Below are positions 49,430-58,942 of a stretch of 64,000 bases of DNA, in pieces; the first letter of the stretch is position 1, and the number at the start of each line of letters is the position of its first letter. The notes under the pieces are model-generated. The model was given only the letters and a program-made list of their open reading frames with translations, was not told where the DNA came from and made no database searches. The DNA lies in contig JBHLMQ010000002.1 of the NCBI GenBank assembly GCA_048938005.1, positions 1-64,000 of the forward strand, given 5' to 3'. The position numbers and the translations under genes are program-made. The DNA comes from Promethearchaeota archaeon. Lineage in GTDB: Archaea; Asgardarchaeota; Lokiarchaeia; Sigyniarchaeales; SOKP01.

Positions 49430-50932
49430 ATGGAAGAATTATTGAAATCTTCAATTGTTAAGGGATTCGTATTTAGTATTTACGGTGAATTAGGACCAAC
49501 TCCAATTTATTGTTTCCCTAATTTCGTTAATGAGAAAGAATTGGAGGAGCTTATCAAAAAGCCAGAAAAACAAGATGGTCTTATTCTAACATATCGAGAT
49601 ATAACTCAAATTTCTATTAAAAATTTAAGTTTATTTATTACCGATAAGATAATTTCTGAACAAAAAGATCTTCAAAAAATTCAATATTTTGCGATTCTAC
49701 CCTATCCAGATTTTAATACAACCTCACTTACGTATTTTCATTATATTTATACAAATTTTTCTGAATTTCCTGTAGCAACAGCTTTTTCAATTTTAGTAGA
49801 AGAAAATAGACGAAGTTATTTGTATAATAATATTAATAGAATTAAACCAGTAGTAATTGATTTTTTCAAAAATTTTCATAAAGAACTATTTGATGCTTAC
49901 CCTCCACGTGAATATGTTGAAGATTTTTTTCGTGAACTTTTATTGAAATTAATAGAAATCGAACAAAGTCCTTCAACACCTATTACTAGTCATAGAAAGA
50001 TGAAAATCTTGTTCGCTGGTTTAGATGATAGTGGCAAAACAAGTTTTTTACTTTCTGTAGATCGAAAATATAGTAAATTAATTGGATTAAAACCAACTAC
50101 AGGAGCAAGCATTAAATCTATTGAAGCCTTAGGAGCGACAATATTTTTATGGGATTTAGGTGGTCAGAGAAGGTTTAGAGAAAAATATATTGATAAGGCA
50201 GAAATTTACTTGTATGAAGCGGATTTGTTATTCTATTTTATTGATATTAGAAATAAAATAAGGTTTGAAGAAAGTATCGAATATCTTCAAAATCTAAAAG
50301 CTGTTCTGAAAGATTTTAATCAAAATACTCCAATAATATATATCCTTTCAAAAGGAGATGCTGATATTCTGAATTCAGTAGAAATTAAAGAAAACATTGA
50401 ATATATCAATAAAAAGTTAATTAATATTACACTTGATGAGCCATTAGAAATATATACTACAAGTATTTTTCAGATTTTTACAATTTTAAGAGCTTTCTCA
50501 TCAGGTATATCCAAATTAAGTCCTAATAGAGATTTAATAAATCATAACCTTAGGAATTTTTCTTTAAAGACTTATACTTATTTAACATTGTTATTAAGTC
50601 TTGATGGGTTAGTGTTAGCAGATTTTTATAGTAATGAAGTATTGCGATTAACAAACATTCCCAAATCAGAAGTGATAAATGTTTTTGAAGTCTCTGCGCC
50701 CCAATTTGCTATGTTATTCAAAATTTTTGCTAAATTTAAGGCTTTACAAAAAGATGAGGCTATATTTAAAGTTGCTAACTCAGTGATTCTTTTTAAAAGA
50801 ATCCAAATTGAAGACAATGCAATGTTTCTTCTTTTTTTAGTAGAGGATGAGAAGAAAAAAAAATTGATTAATAAGGAATTATCACGTTTCTTAAATCAAA
50901 CCAATGACTTACTCTTAAGGTATATTGCTTAA
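49430..50932 (+). CDS. Longin/uDENN-like domain plus Arf/Rag-like GTPase plus roadblock-like domain; paralog of 40799..42262
   Basis: FSIYGELGPTP, YFAILPYPD, GLDDSGKTS, PTTG, WDLGGQ, SKGD, TSIF and KLSPNRDL. Confidence 0.85.
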   Translation: MEELLKSSIVKGFVFSIYGELGPTPIYCFPNFVNEKELEELIKKPEKQDGLILTYRDITQISIKNLSLFITDKIISEQKDLQKIQYFAILPYPDFNTTSLTYFHYIYTNFSEFPVATAFSILVEENRRSYLYNNINRIKPVVIDFFKNFHKELFDAYPPREYVEDFFRELLLKLIEIEQSPSTPITSHRKMKILFAGLDDSGKTSFLLSVDRKYSKLIGLKPTTGASIKSIEALGATIFLWDLGGQRRFREKYIDKAEIYLYEADLLFYFIDIRNKIRFEESIEYLQNLKAVLKDFNQNTPIIYILSKGDADILNSVEIKENIEYINKKLINITLDEPLEIYTTSIFQIFTILRAFSSGISKLSPNRDLINHNLRNFSLKTYTYLTLLLSLDGLVLADFYSNEVLRLTNIPKSEVINVFEVSAPQFAMLFKIFAKFKALQKDEAIFKVANSVILFKRIQIEDNAMFLLFLVEDEKKKKLINKELSRFLNQTNDLLLRYIA

Positions 50933-51831
50933 AAAATAACTTTTAAAGGATTACGTTCTGAAATTTTATGTCTATTCACTCTCTTTTGATAATATGAATT
51001 AACACCAGAAATAAGAGCAATTGCAGGCACTATACACTTAACAAATTTTATTGGCCCAAATAATATGAAATCACTAGGAGCAGCAGCACAATACGCCATA
51101 ATTGAGGCAATAGCGCCACATCGTGCGTTCTCACCATACTTTTTTCCAAAATTCCATCCATATATTGCATTAGCAGGAGCAAATCCAGCTGGTAGCCCCA
51201 AATCGGTTTTAACTAATCTTGTTGATTCAAAATTGATGGAAATTGATGGCAAATCTAAAACTGCTGTATCAACAATAATATTCTCAATTTGTGCCTTTTG
51301 AGCTTTAGGAATTAATGTTTCTTTTAAAAAATTTATTTTCTGTTTTGGAAATATATATTTATTTCCAAATGTTAATAATACAGCATTTTTAACTCCAATG
51401 TCTTTTAGTTTATCTAAATTTTCATCGTTAGTATTTTCATCAATACTGTTTATTATAGCTCTGTTTAATAATCCGATTTCATGCAATCCTTTCATTGCAG
51501 GGATCCTAGAAGTATCATTTAACCCGTCAACTAAAAAGGGATATTCTACGGTATCTGCAATAAACTCACACTCTCTTATAAGCGCATCTGGATATGAGCC
51601 TACAACATCTATTATTCCCTGTAATTGTGTATCTTCAATAATTTCAGTAAATATATTTAACTCTTGTTCAACAATATTTTTGTCAATTTTACCTGTTTTT
51701 TCGTCCAATAAAGCTGCATGTTTAGCATAAAAAACAGTTCCTATCATTACAATTGGATTTTCTCCTGGCTGGCCGCCAATTGAAACATTCCCAATTTGTA
51801 CGATCTTTTGTTCAGTTTCAAAATTTAGCAC
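50929..51831 (-). CDS. mtrH: MtrH/MtgA-family pterin methyltransferase
   Basis: Q..V.IG.V.IGGQPGENP, GTVFY, PFLVD, NSI, DTAV, G.APANA and F.LFGPI. Confidence 0.85.
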   Translation of the reverse strand: MLNFETEQKIVQIGNVSIGGQPGENPIVMIGTVFYAKHAALLDEKTGKIDKNIVEQELNIFTEIIEDTQLQGIIDVVGSYPDALIRECEFIADTVEYPFLVDGLNDTSRIPAMKGLHEIGLLNRAIINSIDENTNDENLDKLKDIGVKNAVLLTFGNKYIFPKQKINFLKETLIPKAQKAQIENIIVDTAVLDLPSISINFESTRLVKTDLGLPAGFAPANAIYGWNFGKKYGENARCGAIASIMAYCAAAPSDFILFGPIKFVKCIVPAIALISGVNSYYQKRVNRHKISERNPLKVIF

Positions 51832-51887
51832 ATTTCATTAACTCCTTAGTTTTTATATTTGATAAATAAAGAGATTACATAACTATT

Positions 51888-52799
51888 TTACTTTTCTATC
51901 TTAGTTCCAGAACTTTCTATGCTAAATGGTTTATCTAGCATTAACAATTCTATAAAATTTGATACTTTTGTATCCGGAATAACCAAATTATCTTCTTCAA
52001 TTGTATATCCAAACTTTTCAGCCCATTCAGAAATTTTTTCAGAATAATTTTTTCTTTCCATCCTTAAAACTTTACGCATCAGGTTTAATTTAACTTGATT
52101 TGAACTTTCTACAGTTATTTTTATCTGTTCCTTCCTTTTTTTCTTTATTGGTTCACTTACTAGTGTTCCAATATAAATTATTGATAATATAAATTCAGGA
52201 ATCCATTTATGCATCAAAAGTACAATTATTGCCGCAATAAAAGAACTTGCAGCACTTATAGAGAAATGGATATCCTCCCAAGCATACCCTATGTAATATA
52301 GATCAATTTGAATAACCATTCGTATGATATTTACAACATAAAAGATAACAGATGATACAATAAGGGATTTTGTTTTACGCCATATGATATCTTCTTTTGT
52401 AGTTGGATCTTGACTGTGAGGGATGAAAACGATAATTCCTACGAAAACACATATTGCTTGTATACCTGTACAAAAAGTTTCAAAATATATTGGATTTTTA
52501 CCTGGAATAAAAAATCTCCAATCATAGATACCACTTGGTGCAAATTGTGCTTCTGCTCCCATATTGAATAATAAATTTAAAAAATAAACTGTTTGCTTTA
52601 CTACAATTTCATGCAACCAGTAATTGATTCTCAAATCAAAGAATAAATAAATAAGATATGCTGAAATTGGTGCTCCAATGGCGAATAAAACTAGAGATTT
52701 GAAAGAAAAAATATACTTTCTTTCATTATATTCGATAATAGGCTTTTTAATTTTGCTCCAATCCTTAAGTTTTTGCATCTGTTTTTTCCTCTTCTTCAT
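51888..52799 (-). CDS. Archaeosortase/exosortase family transpeptidase with extra C-terminal domain
   Basis: Cys-Arg-His triad in FCTGIQ, NIIRM and EDIH; multiple TM helices. Confidence 0.82.
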   Translation of the reverse strand: MKKRKKQMQKLKDWSKIKKPIIEYNERKYIFSFKSLVLFAIGAPISAYLIYLFFDLRINYWLHEIVVKQTVYFLNLLFNMGAEAQFAPSGIYDWRFFIPGKNPIYFETFCTGIQAICVFVGIIVFIPHSQDPTTKEDIIWRKTKSLIVSSVIFYVVNIIRMVIQIDLYYIGYAWEDIHFSISAASSFIAAIIVLLMHKWIPEFILSIIYIGTLVSEPIKKKRKEQIKITVESSNQVKLNLMRKVLRMERKNYSEKISEWAEKFGYTIEEDNLVIPDTKVSNFIELLMLDKPFSIESSGTKIEK

Positions 52800-53034
52800 T
52801 TGTATGTTTAAGATAGTAGTGAAACCTATCTATTATTATATAATTAAGAATAATTAGTAATGGTATCATTACAAATCCAAGATTAAAAGAATTCTCTGAT
52901 CTTAATAATGGGATTGATAAACCAATTACAAATGCAAATAATAAGTTAATTGTTAGCATTAACCAGATATATATTTTCTTTTTGATCAATTGATTCATAA
53001 TAAAGAATTTTAAAACTCTAGTATAAGGGAACAA
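52765..53034 (-). CDS. Small 2-TM membrane protein overlapping the archaeosortase start
   Basis: Two hydrophobic helices; same strand as and overlapping the next gene. Confidence 0.6.
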   Translation of the reverse strand: MFPYTRVLKFFIMNQLIKKKIYIWLMLTINLLFAFVIGLSIPLLRSENSFNLGFVMIPLLIILNYIIIDRFHYYLKHTNEEEEKTDAKT

Positions 53035-53311
53035 ATCAACCTTTATTAAAAATTTTTATTAGGAAGGGTAAAGCTTAATTCTATTTAACTTTATTTTTTG
53101 TTTAATTTTAATAAATAGTTCAAAAAGACGAGATCTCACCTTTAAGTTAATTATTTTTAATAATTCCATCTCTATCATACTCCGTTTTAGCGAAAAAGCA
53201 GAAATTGAAGATTTTTTTGTATATTAAGTTGAAAAATTAGAATTAAATAGAATGCAAACTTAATAATTAAATGTTAAAATTTAGGAGTTAGAAAAATTTA
53301 GGAGTCCATTA

Positions 53312-53911
53312 ATGGTTCTTGATTTAACGCCAGAAGACGAATTTAGAAGCTTAACGTATTCTATCCAAAACATTGTTGTTAAAACGTCGTTAAATATTGG
53401 GGAAGATCTTGTTTTAAAAAATATTAATGTTAAATTAAGCAACACTGAATATAATCCAGAACATTTTCCAGGTCTTTTCATAAGATTCAAATATCCAAAA
53501 TGTGTAATCATCATTTTCAGAAATGGAAAAATAATTATAACAGGATTAAAATCATTTAATCAAATTAAATTAGCTTTAAAGCGATTGATTCTAAATCTTA
53601 ATGATATAATTAAGATTAAAATTGATAGAAATTCAATAGATCCGAAAATAGTGAATATTGTAATTACAGCTAACTACTATAAGAAAATTAATTTGGATTT
53701 AGCTGCTTTAAAATTGGACAATACTATTTATGAACCAGAGGTTTTTCCAGGTTTAATTTATCATTCATTTAATCCAGTAAAATCTGTTTTCTTGATATTT
53801 AGCACAGGTAAAATAGTTTTTACAGGTGTACGTGAGAAAAAAGTAATTGAACCAGCGCTAGTAAGTCTTGGACGATTATTGAATGATGAAAAACTGTTTA
53901 TGACATCATAA
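53312..53911 (+). CDS. tbp: TATA-binding protein (possibly a divergent paralog)
   Basis: Two repeats: IQNIV..YNPEHFPGL..IFRNGKIIITG and IVNIV..YEPEVFPGL..IFSTGKIVFTG. Confidence 0.92.
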   Translation: MVLDLTPEDEFRSLTYSIQNIVVKTSLNIGEDLVLKNINVKLSNTEYNPEHFPGLFIRFKYPKCVIIIFRNGKIIITGLKSFNQIKLALKRLILNLNDIIKIKIDRNSIDPKIVNIVITANYYKKINLDLAALKLDNTIYEPEVFPGLIYHSFNPVKSVFLIFSTGKIVFTGVREKKVIEPALVSLGRLLNDEKLFMTS

Positions 53912-54028
53912 AAAAGTAAAATATTTTTTTGAGAATAAAATAAAATTTTTTTTCTATATTGAATTCTTCTTTTCAAATAGATTTCACAATAATATATCTT
54001 CATGAATATATATTAAGTGAGTGTTTAA

Positions 54029-54742
54029 ATGGTAGATGAAGAAAAAGAAAATCAAACTTCAGAAGTAAAGGAAGATAAAAAAGAAGAAGATAGTGAAAAA
54101 GAAAAGCCTAAAGCAAAATTTACTTTTAAATGCACTAAATGTGATGAATGTTGTCTTTCACGTGGTCCAATTCCTATAACATTTTGGGATTTAGAGATGT
54201 GGGCAAGAAATGGAGTCGTGGCTAACTTTATGCCCTATTTAGACATATACAACAAGCCTGACGGTGGGATTGATTTAATATTAAAACCTTTACCACCACC
54301 CAAAAAAGAAGATGAAGAAAAAACAGAGACAAAGGATCCCTTTGCTACTGTCCCCATAGAAGAATTGCTTAGTGTTAAATGTCCTCTATATAATAAGGAT
54401 GATAAAAAGTGCTTAGTTTATGATAATCGTCCATTAAGCTGTCGTACATATCCACTTGAATTTGACGGAAAAAACTATATTGTTGTTGATGCTGATTGTC
54501 CAGGTGTTGGTGAAGAAGGAATGACTCCTGAAGAATTAAAAGAGATGCGAGAAACGGCAAAAATAATGCATTATGAATTAACTCGAATGAGAATTGCATT
54601 ACCAGTATTAAATCAAATGATTTCACAGAAAATTATGATGGATTTAATGCGGCAAAATATAGAAGCTATGAGTAAAATGAGCGATGAGGATAAAGCCAGA
54701 TTAGATGAAATCTTTAAAAAGAGCCGTGAAACTCCGGAGTAA
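54029..54742 (+). CDS. YkgJ family (CxxCxxCC) protein
   Basis: FKCTKCDECC, CPLY, C.VYDNRPLSCRTYP and CPG. Confidence 0.88.
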   Translation: MVDEEKENQTSEVKEDKKEEDSEKEKPKAKFTFKCTKCDECCLSRGPIPITFWDLEMWARNGVVANFMPYLDIYNKPDGGIDLILKPLPPPKKEDEEKTETKDPFATVPIEELLSVKCPLYNKDDKKCLVYDNRPLSCRTYPLEFDGKNYIVVDADCPGVGEEGMTPEELKEMRETAKIMHYELTRMRIALPVLNQMISQKIMMDLMRQNIEAMSKMSDEDKARLDEIFKKSRETPE

Positions 54743-54755
54743 TTTGGTGATATCT

Positions 54756-55274
54756 ATGGAAGAATTGAATATAAAGAATTCCAAAATTAAATTGGTTCAA
54801 GGAGATATAACTGAATTAGATACAGATGTTATTGTAAACGCTGCGAATGCTCAACTAATTTTGGGAGGTGGTGTTGCTGGAGCAATTAGAAAAAAAGGTG
54901 GCCCAACAATTCAAGAAGAATGCAATAAAATAGGTGGTACTTATGTTGGAGGTGCTGTTATTACAAACGGAGGTAATCTGAAGGCAAGACATGTAATTCA
55001 TGCCGTTGGACCACGAATGGGTGAAGGGAATGAGGATGAAAAATTAAGAAATGCCACTCTTAACAGTCTTAAATTAATGGATGAGCACAAATTAAAAACA
55101 ATAGCATTTCCTGCTATATCAACAGGAATCTTTGGGTATCCAATCGACAGGTGTTCAGAAATCATGATTTCTACAGCGAAAGAATATTTAAGTGGTAACA
55201 CTCAAATTGCTGAGGTTATTTTCTGCCTTTATACTGCTTCAGATTTTGGCATCTTTTTTGAAAAGTTAAAATAA
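54756..55274 (+). CDS. Macro domain (ADP-ribose binding/hydrolase) protein
   Basis: GDIT, IVNAAN, GGGVAGAI, VIHAVGP and AFPAISTGIFGYP. Start moved to ATG 54756, which follows a GGTGA SD. Confidence 0.93.
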   Translation: MEELNIKNSKIKLVQGDITELDTDVIVNAANAQLILGGGVAGAIRKKGGPTIQEECNKIGGTYVGGAVITNGGNLKARHVIHAVGPRMGEGNEDEKLRNATLNSLKLMDEHKLKTIAFPAISTGIFGYPIDRCSEIMISTAKEYLSGNTQIAEVIFCLYTASDFGIFFEKLK

Positions 55275-55385
55275 ACAATTTTTGACGTTACTTTTTTTAT
55301 TAACGTTTAATTTATAATTAGAAGAATATTAATAATTATTTGAGAAAATCTCATAATTACGATTGTTTATGGGTTTCTCTTTAAG

Positions 55386-58298
55386 ATGAGTGATTATAGA
55401 TATATTAAGTTCTTTGAAAACTTAAGAGTTAACGACGTACCTCTTGTAGGGGGAAAGAACGCTTCACTTGGAGAATTATTGAGTTTCGGAATAGCTGTTC
55501 CACTTGGTTTTGCTGTAACTTCAGCTGCTTTTGATTATGTTTTAGATACTAATTTTTATACTATAAAAGAGAAAGAGGTATCACTTCGAGAATTGATTGC
55601 GAGGGACATTAAGAAGATTTCTAATGAATTGAAATCAGAAGATATTAAGGCTGTAGAAAAAGTGGATAAAATATGTGCAAATATTCGTTATATAATTGAA
55701 CAATCAAAAATTCCTGATTCTCTTGCAGATGAAATCTTAGATGCATATAATAATTTGATTGAAAAGATTGGGGAAGAATCCACATTTGCCGTAAGAAGTT
55801 CTGCTACGGCAGAGGATTTGCCAGATGCGTCATTTGCAGGACAACAGGATACTCATTTAAATATTGTTGGAGAAAAACAAATATTAGAATATATTTTAAA
55901 GGATATGGCATCTGTTTTCACTACCAGAGCAACAATGTACCGTGAACGAGCAGGATTTGATCATTTCGCTGTAAAACTCTCAGTTGGAGTCCAAGAAATG
56001 GCTGGTGGTAAAGATGGGGTTAAAGCTTCAGGTGTGATGTTTACAGAGTGTCCAGATAGTGGTAATAGTAATGTTATTGTAATTAGAGGAACTTGGGGGC
56101 TCGGAGAATTAATTGTTCAGGGTGTTGAAAAAGGAGATGAATTTATTGTTTTTAAACATGATCCGAGGAAACTCCAAATTATTCGTCGTGAATTAGTAAG
56201 AAAAGAAAAAATGATGATTTTCGCTCAAAGTCCTGATAAACTTGGTACTGAAGTTATACTTGTTCCTGAAAATGAACAATTGCAATATTGTTTAACTGAT
56301 GAGGAGATTTTAATCCTAGCAGATTACGCACAAAAAATTAGAGAACATTATGGGCGAAGAATGGACATTGAATGGGCTGTTGGAAATAATGGAAAGGTTT
56401 ACATTGTCCAAGCTCGTCCTGAAACGGTACATAGTATTAAAGGGGATGTAGAGGAAATATTTTATCTACTTGAGGATCCCGAGAAATTAACTGAAGAAAA
56501 ATTATTAGTTGAAAATTCAGGTATCGCTATTGGGCGTAGAATTGGATTTGGGAAAGTTAAAGTTATAGAATCCATAAATAATGCGCATTTATTGAAGGAA
56601 GGGGATATACTTATCACCGAAGAAACTAATCCTGATTGGACATCTTATATGCAAAACTTAGGTGGTGTAATAACAGAGCGAGGTGGACCCACCTGTCACG
56701 CAGCTATTGTTTCAAGAGAACTGAATATAGCCTCAATTGTAGGCGCAGATAATATAGTGCAAATAATGAAAGAACAGCAACGTGAGGGGATTGAATATGT
56801 CACTATTGATTGCAGTGAGGGTGAACCAAGGATATGGTTAAAAGATGTTGAATATGATTTTGACACAATTGAATTTGCTAAACTCCCTCAAACAAAAACT
56901 AAAGTACTAGTGAATTTAGGAATACCTAAAGGAGCTCTATCTTCAGGAAAATATCCTGATGGAACAGGGTTAGCAAGATTAGAATTTATAATTAACGACG
57001 AGATACAAATTCATCCAAATGCATTAATTGATTTTGAAGCCTTAGTTATGAGATATGATATTTTACTCGATCAAAGAAAAAAAATTGAAAATATTAAAAA
57101 GAGTGATTTATATCACAAAGATCCTTTCAATAAAGAAATATTTCAATTAAAACAAACTTTGGATAAAATAAGAGAATTAACAGTTGGTTATGAAGATAAA
57201 GAAGAATTTTATGTGGATAAATTAGCAGAAGGAATTGCGACTATTGCGGCAGGTGTATGGAAAGTACTACCTGATGGGAGTATTGCTGAATGTGTTGTCA
57301 GACTTTCAGATTTCAAAACTAATGAATACGCAAATCTAATTGGTGGGTGGATTTATGAGGGTGAGGAAAATAATCCTATGCTTGGATTTCGAGGATGCTC
57401 CCGGTACGTACATGATGAATTTCAAAATGCATTTATATTAGAATTAAGAGCGATTAAAAAAGCCAGAGATTGGGGTTTAATAAATATTATACCTATGTTA
57501 CCATTTTGTAGAAGTCCTGAAGAAGCCCAAAAGATAATTAATATTATGGAGAGCGAAGGATTAATAAGAGGACAAGATGGATTAAAGGTATATGTCATGG
57601 CAGAAATACCATCAAATATAATTTGTGCAGATATATTTAGTCAATTTTTTGATGGATTTAGTATAGGTTCGAATGACCTGACACAGCTTACGTATGGAGT
57701 AGGACGAGACAACGAAAAAATGATTCCCTTAATGAACTATTACAATTATAATACAAATAGTGAAGCAATAAGGAGATCAATTAGTCATTTAATAAAAACC
57801 GCTCACAATTATGAGAGAAAAGTAGGGATTTGCGGACAAGCCCCTAGTGATGATCCCGAATTTCTTAGGTTTTTAGTACGAGAAGGGATCGATTCACTTT
57901 CTTTAAATTTTGATACTTTTGCTAGAGGAAGAATAAATACATGGAGAACAGAAATAATTGAAGCAAAACTAGACGATGACAACAAAGCTGAATCTTATAA
58001 CTTTCTAAATGACTGTGATAGTTTAATTGAAAAAATTCGAATCCCTCGTGGTAAACTTCGAAACATGATACGAAAGCAGGGTAAAAAACTAAATCAAAAA
58101 CTATTGGCATCCACTGAACAATTTGATCAAATATTTAGTGCTATCCAACAAATCTCTTATGATTTTGTAAAAGAAATTGATGGTGGGGAAATTAAGAAAT
58201 TCCACAATTTTTTTAATAATTATCAAAACCACATAAAGGAATTTGGAGAAAACATTCCCAGGTTAAAACGAGAAATTCGTGAATTTGGTATTTACTAA
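55386..58298 (+). CDS. ppsA: Phosphoenolpyruvate synthase (pyruvate, water dikinase) with C-terminal extension
   Basis: VGGKNASLGE, AVRSSATAED, SFAGQQDT, GG.TCHAAIVSRE (phospho-His), FSIGSNDLTQ and GICGQAPSD. Confidence 0.95.
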   Translation: MSDYRYIKFFENLRVNDVPLVGGKNASLGELLSFGIAVPLGFAVTSAAFDYVLDTNFYTIKEKEVSLRELIARDIKKISNELKSEDIKAVEKVDKICANIRYIIEQSKIPDSLADEILDAYNNLIEKIGEESTFAVRSSATAEDLPDASFAGQQDTHLNIVGEKQILEYILKDMASVFTTRATMYRERAGFDHFAVKLSVGVQEMAGGKDGVKASGVMFTECPDSGNSNVIVIRGTWGLGELIVQGVEKGDEFIVFKHDPRKLQIIRRELVRKEKMMIFAQSPDKLGTEVILVPENEQLQYCLTDEEILILADYAQKIREHYGRRMDIEWAVGNNGKVYIVQARPETVHSIKGDVEEIFYLLEDPEKLTEEKLLVENSGIAIGRRIGFGKVKVIESINNAHLLKEGDILITEETNPDWTSYMQNLGGVITERGGPTCHAAIVSRELNIASIVGADNIVQIMKEQQREGIEYVTIDCSEGEPRIWLKDVEYDFDTIEFAKLPQTKTKVLVNLGIPKGALSSGKYPDGTGLARLEFIINDEIQIHPNALIDFEALVMRYDILLDQRKKIENIKKSDLYHKDPFNKEIFQLKQTLDKIRELTVGYEDKEEFYVDKLAEGIATIAAGVWKVLPDGSIAECVVRLSDFKTNEYANLIGGWIYEGEENNPMLGFRGCSRYVHDEFQNAFILELRAIKKARDWGLINIIPMLPFCRSPEEAQKIINIMESEGLIRGQDGLKVYVMAEIPSNIICADIFSQFFDGFSIGSNDLTQLTYGVGRDNEKMIPLMNYYNYNTNSEAIRRSISHLIKTAHNYERKVGICGQAPSDDPEFLRFLVREGIDSLSLNFDTFARGRINTWRTEIIEAKLDDDNKAESYNFLNDCDSLIEKIRIPRGKLRNMIRKQGKKLNQKLLASTEQFDQIFSAIQQISYDFVKEIDGGEIKKFHNFFNNYQNHIKEFGENIPRLKREIREFGIY

Positions 58299-58378
58299 AA
58301 CTTCTTTCAAAATCAAAAAAATTATATTTCAAAAAAAATTTCTCTTTTTAAACTTCTTACCTAATAATAACACTTTTT

Positions 58379-58669
58379 TTGGTGATTTTTTCAATGCCAC
58401 GAGCATTAAAAAACGAAGAAAAAGAAGCCTTTGAAAATGTTGAACAACTTTTAAATGATATGATAAATGACCGTAGCGTGCCGCGAAATATAAAAAGAAT
58501 TGCTCAAAGAAGTATTAACCAATTACATAGAGAAGATGAAACCCCAGGCGTAATAGCCAGTAACGTAATGTATATGGTTGATGATCTGGCTCAAGATGCT
58601 AACATTCCTTTTCATGCGCGTACAACGGTATATAGAATTATTTCTATTTTGGAGAAGGTTAAAGATTAA
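58379..58669 (+). CDS. UPF0147 family protein (likely start ATG at 58394)
   Basis: D.SVPRNI.R.A and D.NIP.HART...IIS.LE. Confidence 0.88.
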   Translation: MVIFSMPRALKNEEKEAFENVEQLLNDMINDRSVPRNIKRIAQRSINQLHREDETPGVIASNVMYMVDDLAQDANIPFHARTTVYRIISILEKVKD

Positions 58670-58770
58670 TTTTATTTTAAAAAGATTTTTATACATTTAC
58701 TTTTGTTTCCTTGATAAATGAAAATTATTATCAAAGTTGGTTTATTCTATTAGATCGATTTTTCCTTAAA

Positions 58771-58844
58771 GGGAAGGTAGTCTAGCTTGGTATGATTCTT
58801 GGTCCGGGGCCAAGGGGTCGGGGGTTCAAATCCCTCCTTTCCCA
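58771..58844 (+). tRNA. tRNA-Pro (anticodon CGG), no encoded CCA
   Basis: Acceptor stem GGGAAGG/CTTTCCC, D arm with TAGC..GG, anticodon stem CTTGG/CCAAG with loop TC-CGG-GG, T arm GGGGG-TTCAAAT-CCCTC. Confidence 0.92.
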
Positions 58845-58942
58845 TTAAACCTATTATTTATTAAACTAAAAGATCATATAATTAATTAATAACAAATTCT
58901 TTATCCAATGAAAAAAAGAATAAAATGTGGTGAATATTAAAT

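Noticed and set aside
10175-51831. Methanogenesis inferred from hdrBC, mvh/vhu, mtrH and a marker-2-like gene
   Set aside because: No mcr or other mtr subunits are in the window, and these genes are common in non-methanogenic anaerobic archaea.
54705-54755. Longer N-terminus of the macro-domain protein as given in the ORF track
   Set aside because: It overlaps the upstream gene; ATG 54756 has a GGTGA SD and matches the domain start.
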